Origin: Thermomicrobiales bacterium
GTDB taxonomy: Bacteria; Chloroflexota; Chloroflexia; Thermomicrobiales; CFX8
Assembly (NCBI GenBank): GCA_037045155.1
Contig: JBAOIG010000002.1
Span: 534,433-598,432, forward strand
Reading direction: 5' to 3'
Length of the DNA: 64,000 nucleotides
Below are positions 27,047-35,951 of the stretch, piece by piece. The translations under genes and the position numbers were made by a program. Numbering within the stretch: position 1 is the stretch's first letter; the number at the start of each line of letters is the position of its first letter. The notes under the pieces were generated by a model. That model did not search any database. It was not told the origin of the DNA and saw nothing but the letters and a program-made list of their open reading frames with translations.

Positions 27047-27397
27047 TTATTGCCCATTCATTGGCGGGCCGCAGGCCGGATCCCGGTCGGCGAGGCGGTC
27101 GGGGGAGAAGAACGCGGAGAGCATCGCCGCCATGTCTGCCAGAGCAGCGCGATCCACCGAGTAGTAGATCCAGCGAGCGTCATTCGTGTCGCGCCGGGCG
27201 ACGACCAGACCGCTTCCACGCAATACGCCGAGGTGGTGTGAAATCAAGTTCGGCGCAAGGCCGAGCAACCCACCCATCTCGCAGTTGCAGCGCTCACCGC
27301 CCAGGAGCAAATCGAAGATGCGCAGACGGGTTGGATCGGCGAGAACCTTCAGCCTGGTGGCGATCTCATCAACCGAAATGACTGTTCCAAGGGTCAT
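27047..27397 (-). CDS. arsR: ArsR/SmtB-family metalloregulator
   Basis: LKVLADPTRLRIFDLLLGGERCNCEMGGLLGLAPNLISHHLGVLRGSGLV, with the CxC metal site within the HTH. Confidence 0.9.
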   Translation of the reverse strand: MTLGTVISVDEIATRLKVLADPTRLRIFDLLLGGERCNCEMGGLLGLAPNLISHHLGVLRGSGLVVARRDTNDARWIYYSVDRAALADMAAMLSAFFSPDRLADRDPACGPPMNGQ

Positions 27398-27431
27398 TGA
27401 CAGATGCCACCTCTCGCGTTATTACTTCAAT

Positions 27432-27455
27432 GTCGATTGCATTATAGTCATCGAC
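27432..27455. promoter_or_regulatory. Inverted repeat GTCGAT-N12-ATCGAC spanning TATAGT in the arsR/arsM divergent region (candidate ArsR operator)
   Basis: Read directly in the AT-richer 143-nt divergent intergenic region. Confidence 0.3.
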
Positions 27456-27540
27456 CGGGCTGGCGGGCAAGGGACAACCAGCCGAGCCCACCGTAATCGA
27501 GCCGTAATGAGCGGCGAACAGTACTGGAGGATTTGTTCTG

Positions 27541-28353
27541 ATGCAGTCAGCGGACGTACGTGCGACTGTCAAGAAGCGTTATGGCGAAGTTGCCATGTCG
27601 GTGATCGGTGGGAATCGGGCGAGTTGTTGCGGGACGTCCGCGACATCGTGCTGTGCGTCCGACGGTGTCTCGATCGGCTCGCTGCTCGCCAGTGGTGACT
27701 ATTCAGCCGAAGAGACAATCTCGCTCCCAGGCGACGCCATCCTCGCGTCGCTTGGCTGTGGGAACCCGACCGCGCTCGCCGAGCTCGCGCCGGGACAGGT
27801 GGTGCTCGATCTCGGCTCTGGTGGAGGGATCGACGTGCTGCTCTCGGCCCGACGAGTTGGGCCGGAGGGCTTCGTCTACGGGCTGGACATGACCGACGAG
27901 ATGCTGGAGCTGGCCGAGCGCAACCGCTCCACGGCCGGCGCTGAGAACGTGAAGTTTCTGAAGGGCGAGATCGAAGATATCCCGCTGCCGGATAACAGCA
28001 TCGACGTTATCATCTCCAACTGTGTGATTAATCTTTCATCCGACAAGCCGCGGGTGCTGCGCGAGGCGTTCCGCGTCCTGCGGCCCGGTGGGCTGTTCGC
28101 TGTCTCTGACATCGTTATTCAGGGTGAGCTGCCAGCAGAGATCCGCGCCAACATGGATGCCTGGGTTGGCTGTGTGGCCGGGGCGATGGAGGAGGCCGAG
28201 TACGTCGGTAGACTTGTGGCGGCCGGATTTGTCGACGCCAGGATTGAGGTAACCAACGTCCACGACACCGATGATGCGTCTGGCTGCTGTGGCGCGCTGG
28301 CCGGTGAGGGTCGGGTCGTTAGCGGCTTCGTCCGGGCCTGGAAGCCAGCCTGA
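27541..28353 (+). CDS. arsM: Arsenite S-adenosylmethionine methyltransferase
   Basis: VKKRYGEVA, Cys-rich ASCCG..TSCC, LGCGNP, VLDLGSGGGIDV and ISNCVINL are the conserved ArsM cysteines and SAM motif. Confidence 0.9.
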   Translation: MQSADVRATVKKRYGEVAMSVIGGNRASCCGTSATSCCASDGVSIGSLLASGDYSAEETISLPGDAILASLGCGNPTALAELAPGQVVLDLGSGGGIDVLLSARRVGPEGFVYGLDMTDEMLELAERNRSTAGAENVKFLKGEIEDIPLPDNSIDVIISNCVINLSSDKPRVLREAFRVLRPGGLFAVSDIVIQGELPAEIRANMDAWVGCVAGAMEEAEYVGRLVAAGFVDARIEVTNVHDTDDASGCCGALAGEGRVVSGFVRAWKPA

Positions 28354-28411
28354 ACTGGAAGTGAGTGAGGGGGAATCTGACGACCGGCCTGAGGCACAGA
28401 TAGGGGGGGCT

Positions 28412-29624
28412 ATGCGATCGCCCCGCCTCTACTACGGCTGGGTGATGGTAGCGGCCCTCTCGCTCACTGAAATCACCTCGTGGGGTGTCCTCTACTACGC
28501 GTTCTCCGTCTTCCTGACGCCGATCGGCGCGGAGATGGGCTGGTCGATCGCCGAGATGACCGGCGCGTACTCGCTGGCGCTGCTCGTCTCCGGCGTGACG
28601 GCGATTCCGGCCGGCCGCTGGCTCGACCGCCACGGCCCACGCGGGTTGATGACGGCCGGCTTCGATCGCGGCGACGGTGCTCGTCGTTGCCTGGTCGCGG
28701 GTCGAGTCGCTGCTCGGCTTCTACCTCGTCTGGGCCGGGATCGGGCTGGTGATGGCGGCGGTACTGTATGAGCCGGCCTTCGTCGTCGTCGCGACCTGGT
28801 TCCGACGCTATCGGGCCCGCGCGCTGACACTGCTCACGTTTGTCGCGGGTCTGGCCAGCGTCATCTACATCCCCCTCAGCGACCGGCTGGTCGGCAGTTA
28901 CGGCTGGCGCGATGCATTGCTCGTCCTCGCCGTCATCCTCGCGGTCGGAACGATCCCACTCCACGCACTGGTCCTGCGGCGGAGTCCGGAGGCAATCGGG
29001 CTGACGCCGGACGGCGAGCCCTCGGCGATCGACGGTGTAGGAGGGGTAGTTGCCGAGCCGCGCGTGACCCCGCGTGAGGCATTGCGCAGTCCTGCCTTCT
29101 GGTGGCTGATCGCGGCGTTCATTCTGGCGATGCTGGCGACGATGACGATGACCGTCCACCTGATCCCCTATCTGATCGGCCGGGGGTTTAGCTCGGGCTT
29201 CGCTGCTTCGGCGGCCGGCGCGATCGGGTTGCTGGCGCTGCCGGGCCGTTTGATCTTCACCCCGTTGGGCGGGCGTATCCAGCGGCGGGTAGTCACCGCA
29301 GCGATCTTCGTGGTCCAGACTCTGTCGCTGATCGCGCTCCTGTTCGTGCCGGGGGTGTGGGGCGTCGTCTTGTTTGTTGTCCTGTTCGGGGCCGGCTTCG
29401 GCGCGATCACTCCGGCGCGCGCGGCGCTGGTCTCGGATCTGTTCGGCGCGTCGAGCTACGGGTCGATCAACGGCGTCGTCGCGCTCTGCGTTACTGCCGC
29501 GCGGGCGATCGCGCCGGTCGGAGCGGGACTGCTGCTGGCTGCAGCCGGCTCGTATACGCCGGTCATCTGGATCGCCACCGCGCTCTCGGCGCTGGCCGCG
29601 GTCGCCGCGCTCCGAGCGCGTTGA
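28412..29624 (+). pseudogene. MFS transporter interrupted by a frameshift near 28658-28664
   Basis: Frame 2 gives MRSPRLYYGWVMVAAL...GPRGLMTAG then junk. Frame 0 continues SIAATVLVVAWSRVESLLGFYLVWAGIGL... for 12 TM segments overall. Confidence 0.75.
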
Positions 29625-29642
29625 GGCAACTACTCGATGAGG

Positions 29643-29660
29643 GGAACGACGTTTCGTTCC
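29643..29660. terminator. Stem-loop GGAACGA-CGTT-TCGTTCC between convergent genes
   Basis: Perfect 7-bp stem between the MFS stop (29624) and the APH stop (29684). Confidence 0.35.
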
Positions 29661-29683
29661 AGCCACGTCGCGATCATCTGGAC

Positions 29684-30595
29684 TCACCTCGCTGACGTTG
29701 TATCCCTCAGCACCTGGCCGATCGTGTAGCGGGAGATCCCCGCCAGCGTCGGGTTCGAGTCCCAGTAGTAGGGCAGGGCGATCAGCGCGGTCGAGAGCGC
29801 CCAGCCTTGGCCGCGCGCCCAGGTGGCGTCGTCGACCGCCAGCGTGGCGCGAAACGTCTCGCGTGGGCCGGCCGGGAGGAGATTCCAGGCGACGATCAGA
29901 TCGACCGCCGGATCGCCAACCCCGAGGCAGCCGAAGTCGATTACGGCGCTGAGCTGACCATCGGCCACCAGCAAGTTGCCCGATTGCAGGTCGCCGTGGA
30001 CCCAGACAGGTGGCCCATCCCATGCGGGCGCGTCGAGCGCCACCTGCCATGCCGCCGTCGCTGCGTCGCCGTCGATCCGGTCGCCCAGCTCTGCGATCGC
30101 TGCGCGCGTCTCGCGATCGCGTGCGGCCAGCGGCACGCCCCGCGACGAGTTGTCGCCGCCCGACCTGGGGCCGTCGCTGGCGTCAATCGCGTGTAGAGCG
30201 GTGACGAATCCGGCGAGGTCGACAGCGAAGCGGTGGGGGGCGACGATCCGGTCCAACGTGGCGTTCTCGCCAGCGAGCCAGGGGGCGATCGACCAGCGCC
30301 ATGGGTAACCCGCGGCTGGCTCTCCGATCGCGAGTGGTGCGGGTATGGGCAGCGGGAGATGCCGCGCGAGTGCTGGCAGCCAACGGCGCTCCCTCTCCGG
30401 CTGCGAAGCGGCCCAGCCGATACGTGGCAGGCGCGCGACCAGGTCGTCGCCGAGGCGGTAGAGCGCGTTGTCCGTCCCGGTCGACGTCACCGGCTCGACC
30501 GGCAGGCCGGCCCAGGCGGGAAACTGCGACGCGACGAGCCGCGCCACGAGCGCGGCGTCGGTCGGCGTCTCGTCTGGATGCATCGTGCCGGACAT
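29684..30595 (-). CDS. Aminoglycoside phosphotransferase-family kinase (303 aa)
   Basis: ATG 30595 after GAGGAG. VHGDLQSGNLLVADGQLSAVIDFGCLGVGDPAVDL. The 184 upstream codons of the track ORF were rejected. Confidence 0.8.
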   Translation of the reverse strand: MSGTMHPDETPTDAALVARLVASQFPAWAGLPVEPVTSTGTDNALYRLGDDLVARLPRIGWAASQPERERRWLPALARHLPLPIPAPLAIGEPAAGYPWRWSIAPWLAGENATLDRIVAPHRFAVDLAGFVTALHAIDASDGPRSGGDNSSRGVPLAARDRETRAAIAELGDRIDGDAATAAWQVALDAPAWDGPPVWVHGDLQSGNLLVADGQLSAVIDFGCLGVGDPAVDLIVAWNLLPAGPRETFRATLAVDDATWARGQGWALSTALIALPYYWDSNPTLAGISRYTIGQVLRDTTSAR

Positions 30596-30675
30596 GAATC
30601 TCCTCTGAAATGAAGCGAGCGCCCCTCCGAAGCGAGGAGGGAGCGCCCGAATAAACGTATCGTGTATTGTGCGAT

Positions 30676-31983
30676 CTAGTCGGCTGTGACCAGCCCGACC
30701 TTCACTGCCGCCGCAAGCGCCTGATCGAAGTCGCGGATGAGGTCCTGCGGATCCTCGATGCCGATCGACAGCCGAACCAGCTTGTCGGTCAGACCCATCC
30801 GCTCCTGCTCCTCCTTCGGCACGCTGGCGTGCGTCATCGTCGCCGGATGCTCGGCCAGCGACTCGGTGCCGCCGAGGCTGACCGCGAGGTGGCAGAGCTT
30901 CAGCGAGTTGAGGAAGGCGAACGCCTCGGCCTCGCCGCCGCGGACGTCGAACGAGACCATCGACCCCGGCCCGAGGCACTGGCGCTGGTAGACCTCGTAC
31001 TGCGGGTCGGCCTCGTCGATGTGTCCGAGATAGTAGACCGTCTCGACGGCCGGGTGGTCGCGCAGAAAGTCGGCGACGATCTTCGCATTCTCGTTCTGCT
31101 GGACCATGCGGATCTTCAGCGTCTCGAGGCTGCGAAGGATCAGCCAACTATCGAACGGGGCGAGCATCGAGCCGAAGATCGTGCGCAGTCCCTTGATCGG
31201 GGCCATGAGCTCCTTGGAGCCGAGGCAGGCGCCGGCGATCAGGTCGCTGTGGCCGCCGATGTACTTCGTCGCCGAGTAGAGCACCAGATCCGCGCCGTGC
31301 TCCAGCGGATGCTGCCAGACCGGGCCGAGGAACGTGTTGTCCACGGCAACGAGCACGCGGCGCTCGGCAGTCGAGAGCGAGCGGGCGACGGCTGCGCAGT
31401 GGGCGATGTCGACCAGCGCGTTGGTCGGGTTGGCCGGCGTCTCGCAGTAGATCATGCCGACCGAACCGGGCTCCAGCCCGGCCGCCGCCTGTTCGAGCGA
31501 CTCGTGGCCCCCGCCAGCGTTGAACTCGATCGACCGGATACCGAACTGGGGCAGGATCGCGCGGACCAGGTAGTCGGTGCCGCCGTAGACCGGACCGGAG
31601 TACAGTAGCGTGTCTCCGGGGCGCAGGTAGGTGATGATCGCCGTCGTGATTGCGGCCATGCCGCTGGCGAACACGGCGCAGTCTTCCGCGCCATCCCAGA
31701 TCGTCAGACGATCCTCGACGATCTCCAGGTCGGGATTGTTGGCCCGACTGTAGATCAACCCGATCTCCTCGCCGGCCTGTGCCTCACGCAAGCCTGCGCC
31801 GACCTCGAAGAACGCCTTGCCATGCTCGGCCGACTTGAACACGAAGGTCGACGTCTGAAAGATCGGCGGCTTAAGCGAGCCTTCCGACCACTCCGGTCGG
31901 TATCCGTAGCTCATCATCAGGCTCTCGGGGCGCAGCTCATGCCCGCCGATGTGGGTCTGCGCCTCCCATTCGCGCTTCTCCAT
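30676..31983 (-). CDS. Cys/Met-metabolism PLP-dependent enzyme (methionine gamma-lyase / sulfhydrylase family)
   Basis: ATG 31983 after AGGAGAGG. PPIFQTSTFVF...YSRANNP...YSATKYIGGHSDLIAG (PLP lysine)...GGTESLAEHPATMTHA. Confidence 0.85.
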   Translation of the reverse strand: MEKREWEAQTHIGGHELRPESLMMSYGYRPEWSEGSLKPPIFQTSTFVFKSAEHGKAFFEVGAGLREAQAGEEIGLIYSRANNPDLEIVEDRLTIWDGAEDCAVFASGMAAITTAIITYLRPGDTLLYSGPVYGGTDYLVRAILPQFGIRSIEFNAGGGHESLEQAAAGLEPGSVGMIYCETPANPTNALVDIAHCAAVARSLSTAERRVLVAVDNTFLGPVWQHPLEHGADLVLYSATKYIGGHSDLIAGACLGSKELMAPIKGLRTIFGSMLAPFDSWLILRSLETLKIRMVQQNENAKIVADFLRDHPAVETVYYLGHIDEADPQYEVYQRQCLGPGSMVSFDVRGGEAEAFAFLNSLKLCHLAVSLGGTESLAEHPATMTHASVPKEEQERMGLTDKLVRLSIGIEDPQDLIRDFDQALAAAVKVGLVTAD

Positions 31984-32060
31984 CGCGACCTCTCCTGTCT
32001 TCGTCGACTTGCGCAACGCGCCGTTACGGTGTCTGCCGCAATCATACCCTGCGGTATGCG

Positions 32061-32249
32061 CTAGCGACCTGCTCGCATAATCCGCTCCGCGCGCTGGTCC
32101 GCCTTGCGTTCGTTGACGACGAGGATCGCGTGGATCACCCCCGGCACCCAGAAGGCGAGGGTCAGGAAGAAGTTCAGGATTGCCTGGCCAGGCTTTCCCG
32201 CGAGCAGCACTGCCAACGGCGGCAGGATGATGGCGATCAGATAGAGCAT
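32061..32249 (-). CDS. YqaE/Pmp3-family small membrane protein
   Basis: MLYLIAIILPPLAVLL..GK....LNFFLTLAFWVPGVIHAILVV. Confidence 0.8.
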   Translation of the reverse strand: MLYLIAIILPPLAVLLAGKPGQAILNFFLTLAFWVPGVIHAILVVNERKADQRAERIMRAGR

Positions 32250-32436
32250 AGTGGGTCATCCCTTCATTACAAGACAAGGCGGCGAATGAGTTCGACTGCC
32301 CACGATAGATGATAGCGGAGTTGGTGAGGACTAGCGTTGAGACTCTGCGCACGGAGCTGGTTAATCTACATCTAGATGACCGACACGTAGGCTTGAGAAT
32401 AACCCTTGTGGTGGGCTTCCATGCGCGCCGTGGCAG

Positions 32437-32445
32437 TGCTACAAT
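32437..32445 (+). promoter_or_regulatory. Extended -10-like element TGCTACAAT upstream of the SNF2 gene
   Basis: Read directly, about 67 nt before ATG 32512. The -35 element is weak (TTCCAT). Confidence 0.35.
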
Positions 32446-32511
32446 AGTTGTGTCATACCGAGAAACGAGCTGTTACTAAGCGGGCCACCCGAACGGGGAG
32501 GGGAACGCACG

Positions 32512-35481
32512 ATGTGGATTCCGAACGTAGGCGATATGGTGCTGATCGATTCGTCGGAGGACAAGTATCGCGTCTTCCACTGTATCCGTGACAACGGATA
32601 CATCCGGCTCGGTGTGATTGAGGCCAAGGCCAGCCTAGCACATGATTACGTCTTTGAGCTTGACGAATTTCAGATACGCGTTCAACCAGCGCCCGCTCTC
32701 GCAGACCTGTTGCTAGATCCTGCGACGCGTCTCGATGCCGAGAGATTCCGGCTGGCGATTGAAGCGCTCCGGCTACGTTACGCTCACCTAATCGATCCGT
32801 TCCATGCGATCAACATAGCCCAGATTGATCTTCTACCCCACCAGGCCGACGCTGTGTACCGGCACATTCTCCCTCAGCCGCGGATCAGGTTCTTGCTCGC
32901 CGACGACCCCGGACTGGGAAAGACGATTATGGCTGGACTCGTGCTCAAAGAGCTAAAGGCCCGCGGCGCTGTCGAGCGGATACTAATCGTAGTGCCCGCC
33001 CACCTTCGTGACCAATGGAAACGAGAGATGTCGGATTGGTTCGACGAGGATTTCCTGATCTTTGACAGTCAAACACAGGCAAAAGCAAAGAACTTTTTGA
33101 ACCTAAATAAGCAAATCATCACATCCTTGGATTTCGCAAAGCGAGAGCCAAATAAGAGCACCCTGATGGCATCCGAGGATATGTGGGATATTGTTGTATT
33201 CGATGAAGCTCACAAACTTTCGGCAAAATTCCTCGGCAACAAGTACCAATCAACAAAACGATACGAGCTCGCACGCGAAATTCTCGGAATCACGAACCAC
33301 GCACTGTTTCTGACAGCGACGCCACACAATGGCAATGACACAGAGTACTGGCTTCGACTTAACCTGTTGGAGCCCAGCATGTTTGCTAACGAGAATCAGA
33401 TGAGTGCTGCGGCGGCATACGGAGACGGTATTCCCTTTGTTCTTCGTCGATCCAAAGATCAGGTCACGGATATACAGGGTCAGCGCCTTTTCAAGGCGCG
33501 AACGGTTGAGACGCTTGAACTGACCATGTCCCCTCCGGAGCACATGGTCTATGAGGCGGTGACCGATTACGTCCACTATTGGTACCCGTCATCCGACAAT
33601 CTCGATAGCGGCGCGGAGAAGATCCGTAAGTTCAACATTGCGCTAGCACTGACGGTCCTTCAACGGCGGGTAACGTCGGGTATGGCTGCGATTCGCCTCT
33701 CACTCGAGCGCCGGCGTCGGAAACTCGCTGCACTACTTATCGAATGGGAGAAGCACAAGACTCAGCAGGAAGTTCTTCTCAAGGCGATGACATCCGAAGA
33801 CCTCTCAGAGTTGGATGATCGACTCTTAGCGGAGTGGGATGAGCTGCAGGAAACCATCGAGGCTACGACTGCGGCTGAAGACACGGAAGAGCTTAAGGAA
33901 GAGATAGCCGAGCTCAAAAACCTGATTGGCGTCATTGGCAAGCTTGAGCACGATGGGAACGAGCCAAAGCTCGCTGAGTTGAGGCGGGTGATCAGCGGAT
34001 ACCTACAGGGTCACCCTGAGGAGAAGCTGCTCATCTTCAGCGAGTTCAAGGATACGGTGCTGGCGCTCAAGAGCCATCTGGAAGGGCTCGGTATGAAGGT
34101 CGCCGTGATCCACGGTGGCATGAAAATGATGGATCGGAGGAAACAGGAACAGTACTTCCGTGATGCAGCACAGATCATGGTGGCGACTGATGCTGCCGCA
34201 GAGGGCATTAATCTTCAATTCTGCAGACTGATGGTCAATTACGATCTGCCTTGGAATCCCAATCGACTCGAACAGCGAATGGGCCGTATCCATCGGTACG
34301 GGCAAGATCGGGACTGCTTCATCTGGAATCTCCTCTATCAGGACACCCGAGAGGGGCGGATTCTCAGCCGGCTTCTCTCGAAGATCGAATCGATGAAAGC
34401 GCGCCCTGAGCTTGGCGAGACGATCTACGATGTCGTGAGTTCTGTTCTCTCAGGGGTGTCCCTTGAGCAGTTGATCATGGAAGCGATTCTCACCGGGGAT
34501 ATGACAAAGGTCGATGATGTCATCGATGTACAACTTGAGCAGCGAGTCAACGAGTTCATTGCACTACTCGAAGAGAACGCATTGGCCGCGAACTATATCA
34601 ACCTATCGGAAGTACAGGCGCTCCATGAGTGTTCTGAGCGACAGCAGATCATCAGGGATCTACACCTGTTTGTCGATCGCGTCACGAACTGGATGGGTGG
34701 TGGCCTTCCGAAGGACGGACGCGATGGCGTTTACGTCCTCGGGATTCCGACAGGAAAGCAGGCTCAGTTCAATGGTACCGGGTTTGAGCAGGCCATGAAA
34801 GTAGCGTTTGATCGCGGTACTGCAAGGCTTCATAAGGATGTGACCTACCTAACTATCGGTCAGCCAATTCTAAATCGTATGATCGATGGGTTTGCGCTCG
34901 ACGATTGGCAGCCTCGTGTGTCTGTGCTCCAAGACCCCGATGGGCTGAGCGGCATGGTATGCCTTTATCGAATGACTGTGCAGGACGGTCACGGTCGGAC
35001 CGCGGACGAGCAGTTGGTCGCCGCCTTTGCTGAGGCAACGGAGAAGGTTGACTTGATCGACATTCGGAAAGTCCGCGACCTGCGTGCGGTCGGACCGGAT
35101 CGCGACAGTGAGCTTGTTATGAAGATTGAGAAGCTGGAGACGCTGGCACAGACATGTGCGATGTCAAAGCTCAAGGACATCCGCGCTGGTATCGAGGCGC
35201 GCCGCTCCCAAGAAGCCGATCTCAAGCGCAAGTGGCTTGAGCGCTCGTATGCCGCAACAATCAAGTACCTTGAGAACCGACTGTTCGAACTGCGCTTGCG
35301 ACAACAGCAAGGCGAACGAAATCTTGGCGGTGCTATCACAAACGCCGAGAACCGCTTGTCGAATGTCCGGCGTCAACAAGAGGCAAGGCTCGAGCTTTTG
35401 GCGAAGGACGTCACCTTGACGTCCCTAGCTCCGAAACTCGAAGCGTTGGCGCTGGTGATTGGCAACGATGGAGCTGGTTGA
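32512..35481 (+). CDS. SNF2-family ATPase/helicase (989 aa) with small N-terminal beta domain and C-terminal coiled coil
   Basis: LLPHQ, LLADDPGLGKT (I), VVFDEAHKL (II), LTATPHNG (III), ATDAAAEGINLQ (V), YDLPWNPNRLEQRMGRIHRYGQ (VI). RBS GGGGAGGGGAA. Visibly AT-richer than neighbouring genes. Confidence 0.9.
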   Translation: MWIPNVGDMVLIDSSEDKYRVFHCIRDNGYIRLGVIEAKASLAHDYVFELDEFQIRVQPAPALADLLLDPATRLDAERFRLAIEALRLRYAHLIDPFHAINIAQIDLLPHQADAVYRHILPQPRIRFLLADDPGLGKTIMAGLVLKELKARGAVERILIVVPAHLRDQWKREMSDWFDEDFLIFDSQTQAKAKNFLNLNKQIITSLDFAKREPNKSTLMASEDMWDIVVFDEAHKLSAKFLGNKYQSTKRYELAREILGITNHALFLTATPHNGNDTEYWLRLNLLEPSMFANENQMSAAAAYGDGIPFVLRRSKDQVTDIQGQRLFKARTVETLELTMSPPEHMVYEAVTDYVHYWYPSSDNLDSGAEKIRKFNIALALTVLQRRVTSGMAAIRLSLERRRRKLAALLIEWEKHKTQQEVLLKAMTSEDLSELDDRLLAEWDELQETIEATTAAEDTEELKEEIAELKNLIGVIGKLEHDGNEPKLAELRRVISGYLQGHPEEKLLIFSEFKDTVLALKSHLEGLGMKVAVIHGGMKMMDRRKQEQYFRDAAQIMVATDAAAEGINLQFCRLMVNYDLPWNPNRLEQRMGRIHRYGQDRDCFIWNLLYQDTREGRILSRLLSKIESMKARPELGETIYDVVSSVLSGVSLEQLIMEAILTGDMTKVDDVIDVQLEQRVNEFIALLEENALAANYINLSEVQALHECSERQQIIRDLHLFVDRVTNWMGGGLPKDGRDGVYVLGIPTGKQAQFNGTGFEQAMKVAFDRGTARLHKDVTYLTIGQPILNRMIDGFALDDWQPRVSVLQDPDGLSGMVCLYRMTVQDGHGRTADEQLVAAFAEATEKVDLIDIRKVRDLRAVGPDRDSELVMKIEKLETLAQTCAMSKLKDIRAGIEARRSQEADLKRKWLERSYAATIKYLENRLFELRLRQQQGERNLGGAITNAENRLSNVRRQQEARLELLAKDVTLTSLAPKLEALALVIGNDGAG

Positions 35482-35536
35482 TCTTCGGTCGCCTCCGGCT
35501 TGACGCCCCGCCGGCCCGCCGTGTACAGTACCAACG

Positions 35537-35552
35537 TGCAACCGCCCGGTTG
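35537..35552 (+). terminator. Weak stem-loop GCAACC-GCCC-GGTTGC followed by GTTGTGTG
   Basis: Read directly, 55 nt after the SNF2 stop. Confidence 0.3.
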
Positions 35553-35951
35553 CGTTGTGTGAGGGTGTCACGATCACGATGAGCACGCAGCTCAGGAAAC
35601 CCAGGAGCCCCAGGCGCGGCTGATTGAAAGATCAGCCCATCTGACCTGCCGCGCTTCCTATGGTTTCTGGAGTGACTCGTGACGACATCCGGTTCCCAAT
35701 CCGTTACACCAAAGATCCATACGCCGTCTCCGGTGACGGTCGCCGTGTTGCGCGCCGTTACGGTGGCGATCCCTCTGCCCTCCCCCAAACCTGGTCGCGT
35801 CAGGCGTCGCGCCTGACATCCCGGCGTCCGCCGCTCGCGGCGTGACCTCTGGCGATGTCCGGTCCCGGCGATCCTGACGAGCGAACGCTCGCGCGGGTGG
35901 GCGTTTTCCGCATGTCGTCGTTATCCACGATCTGTTGTTATTGAGGATGAG

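Noticed and set aside
29748-29762. tRNA T-loop-like GGGTTCGAGTCCC
   Set aside because: The flanks do not form T, anticodon or acceptor stems. The site lies inside the conserved C-terminal coding region of the APH-family gene.
28473-30050. 525-aa minus-strand ORF
   Set aside because: It is antisense to the MFS transporter, with an extreme Arg/Asp/Pro composition and no recognisable motifs.
35411-35788. 125-aa minus-strand ORF in the gap after the SNF2 gene
   Set aside because: It has no RBS and no family resemblance, and it overlaps the SNF2 3' end. It may be a relic of whatever the islet disrupted, but there is no evidence for a gene.
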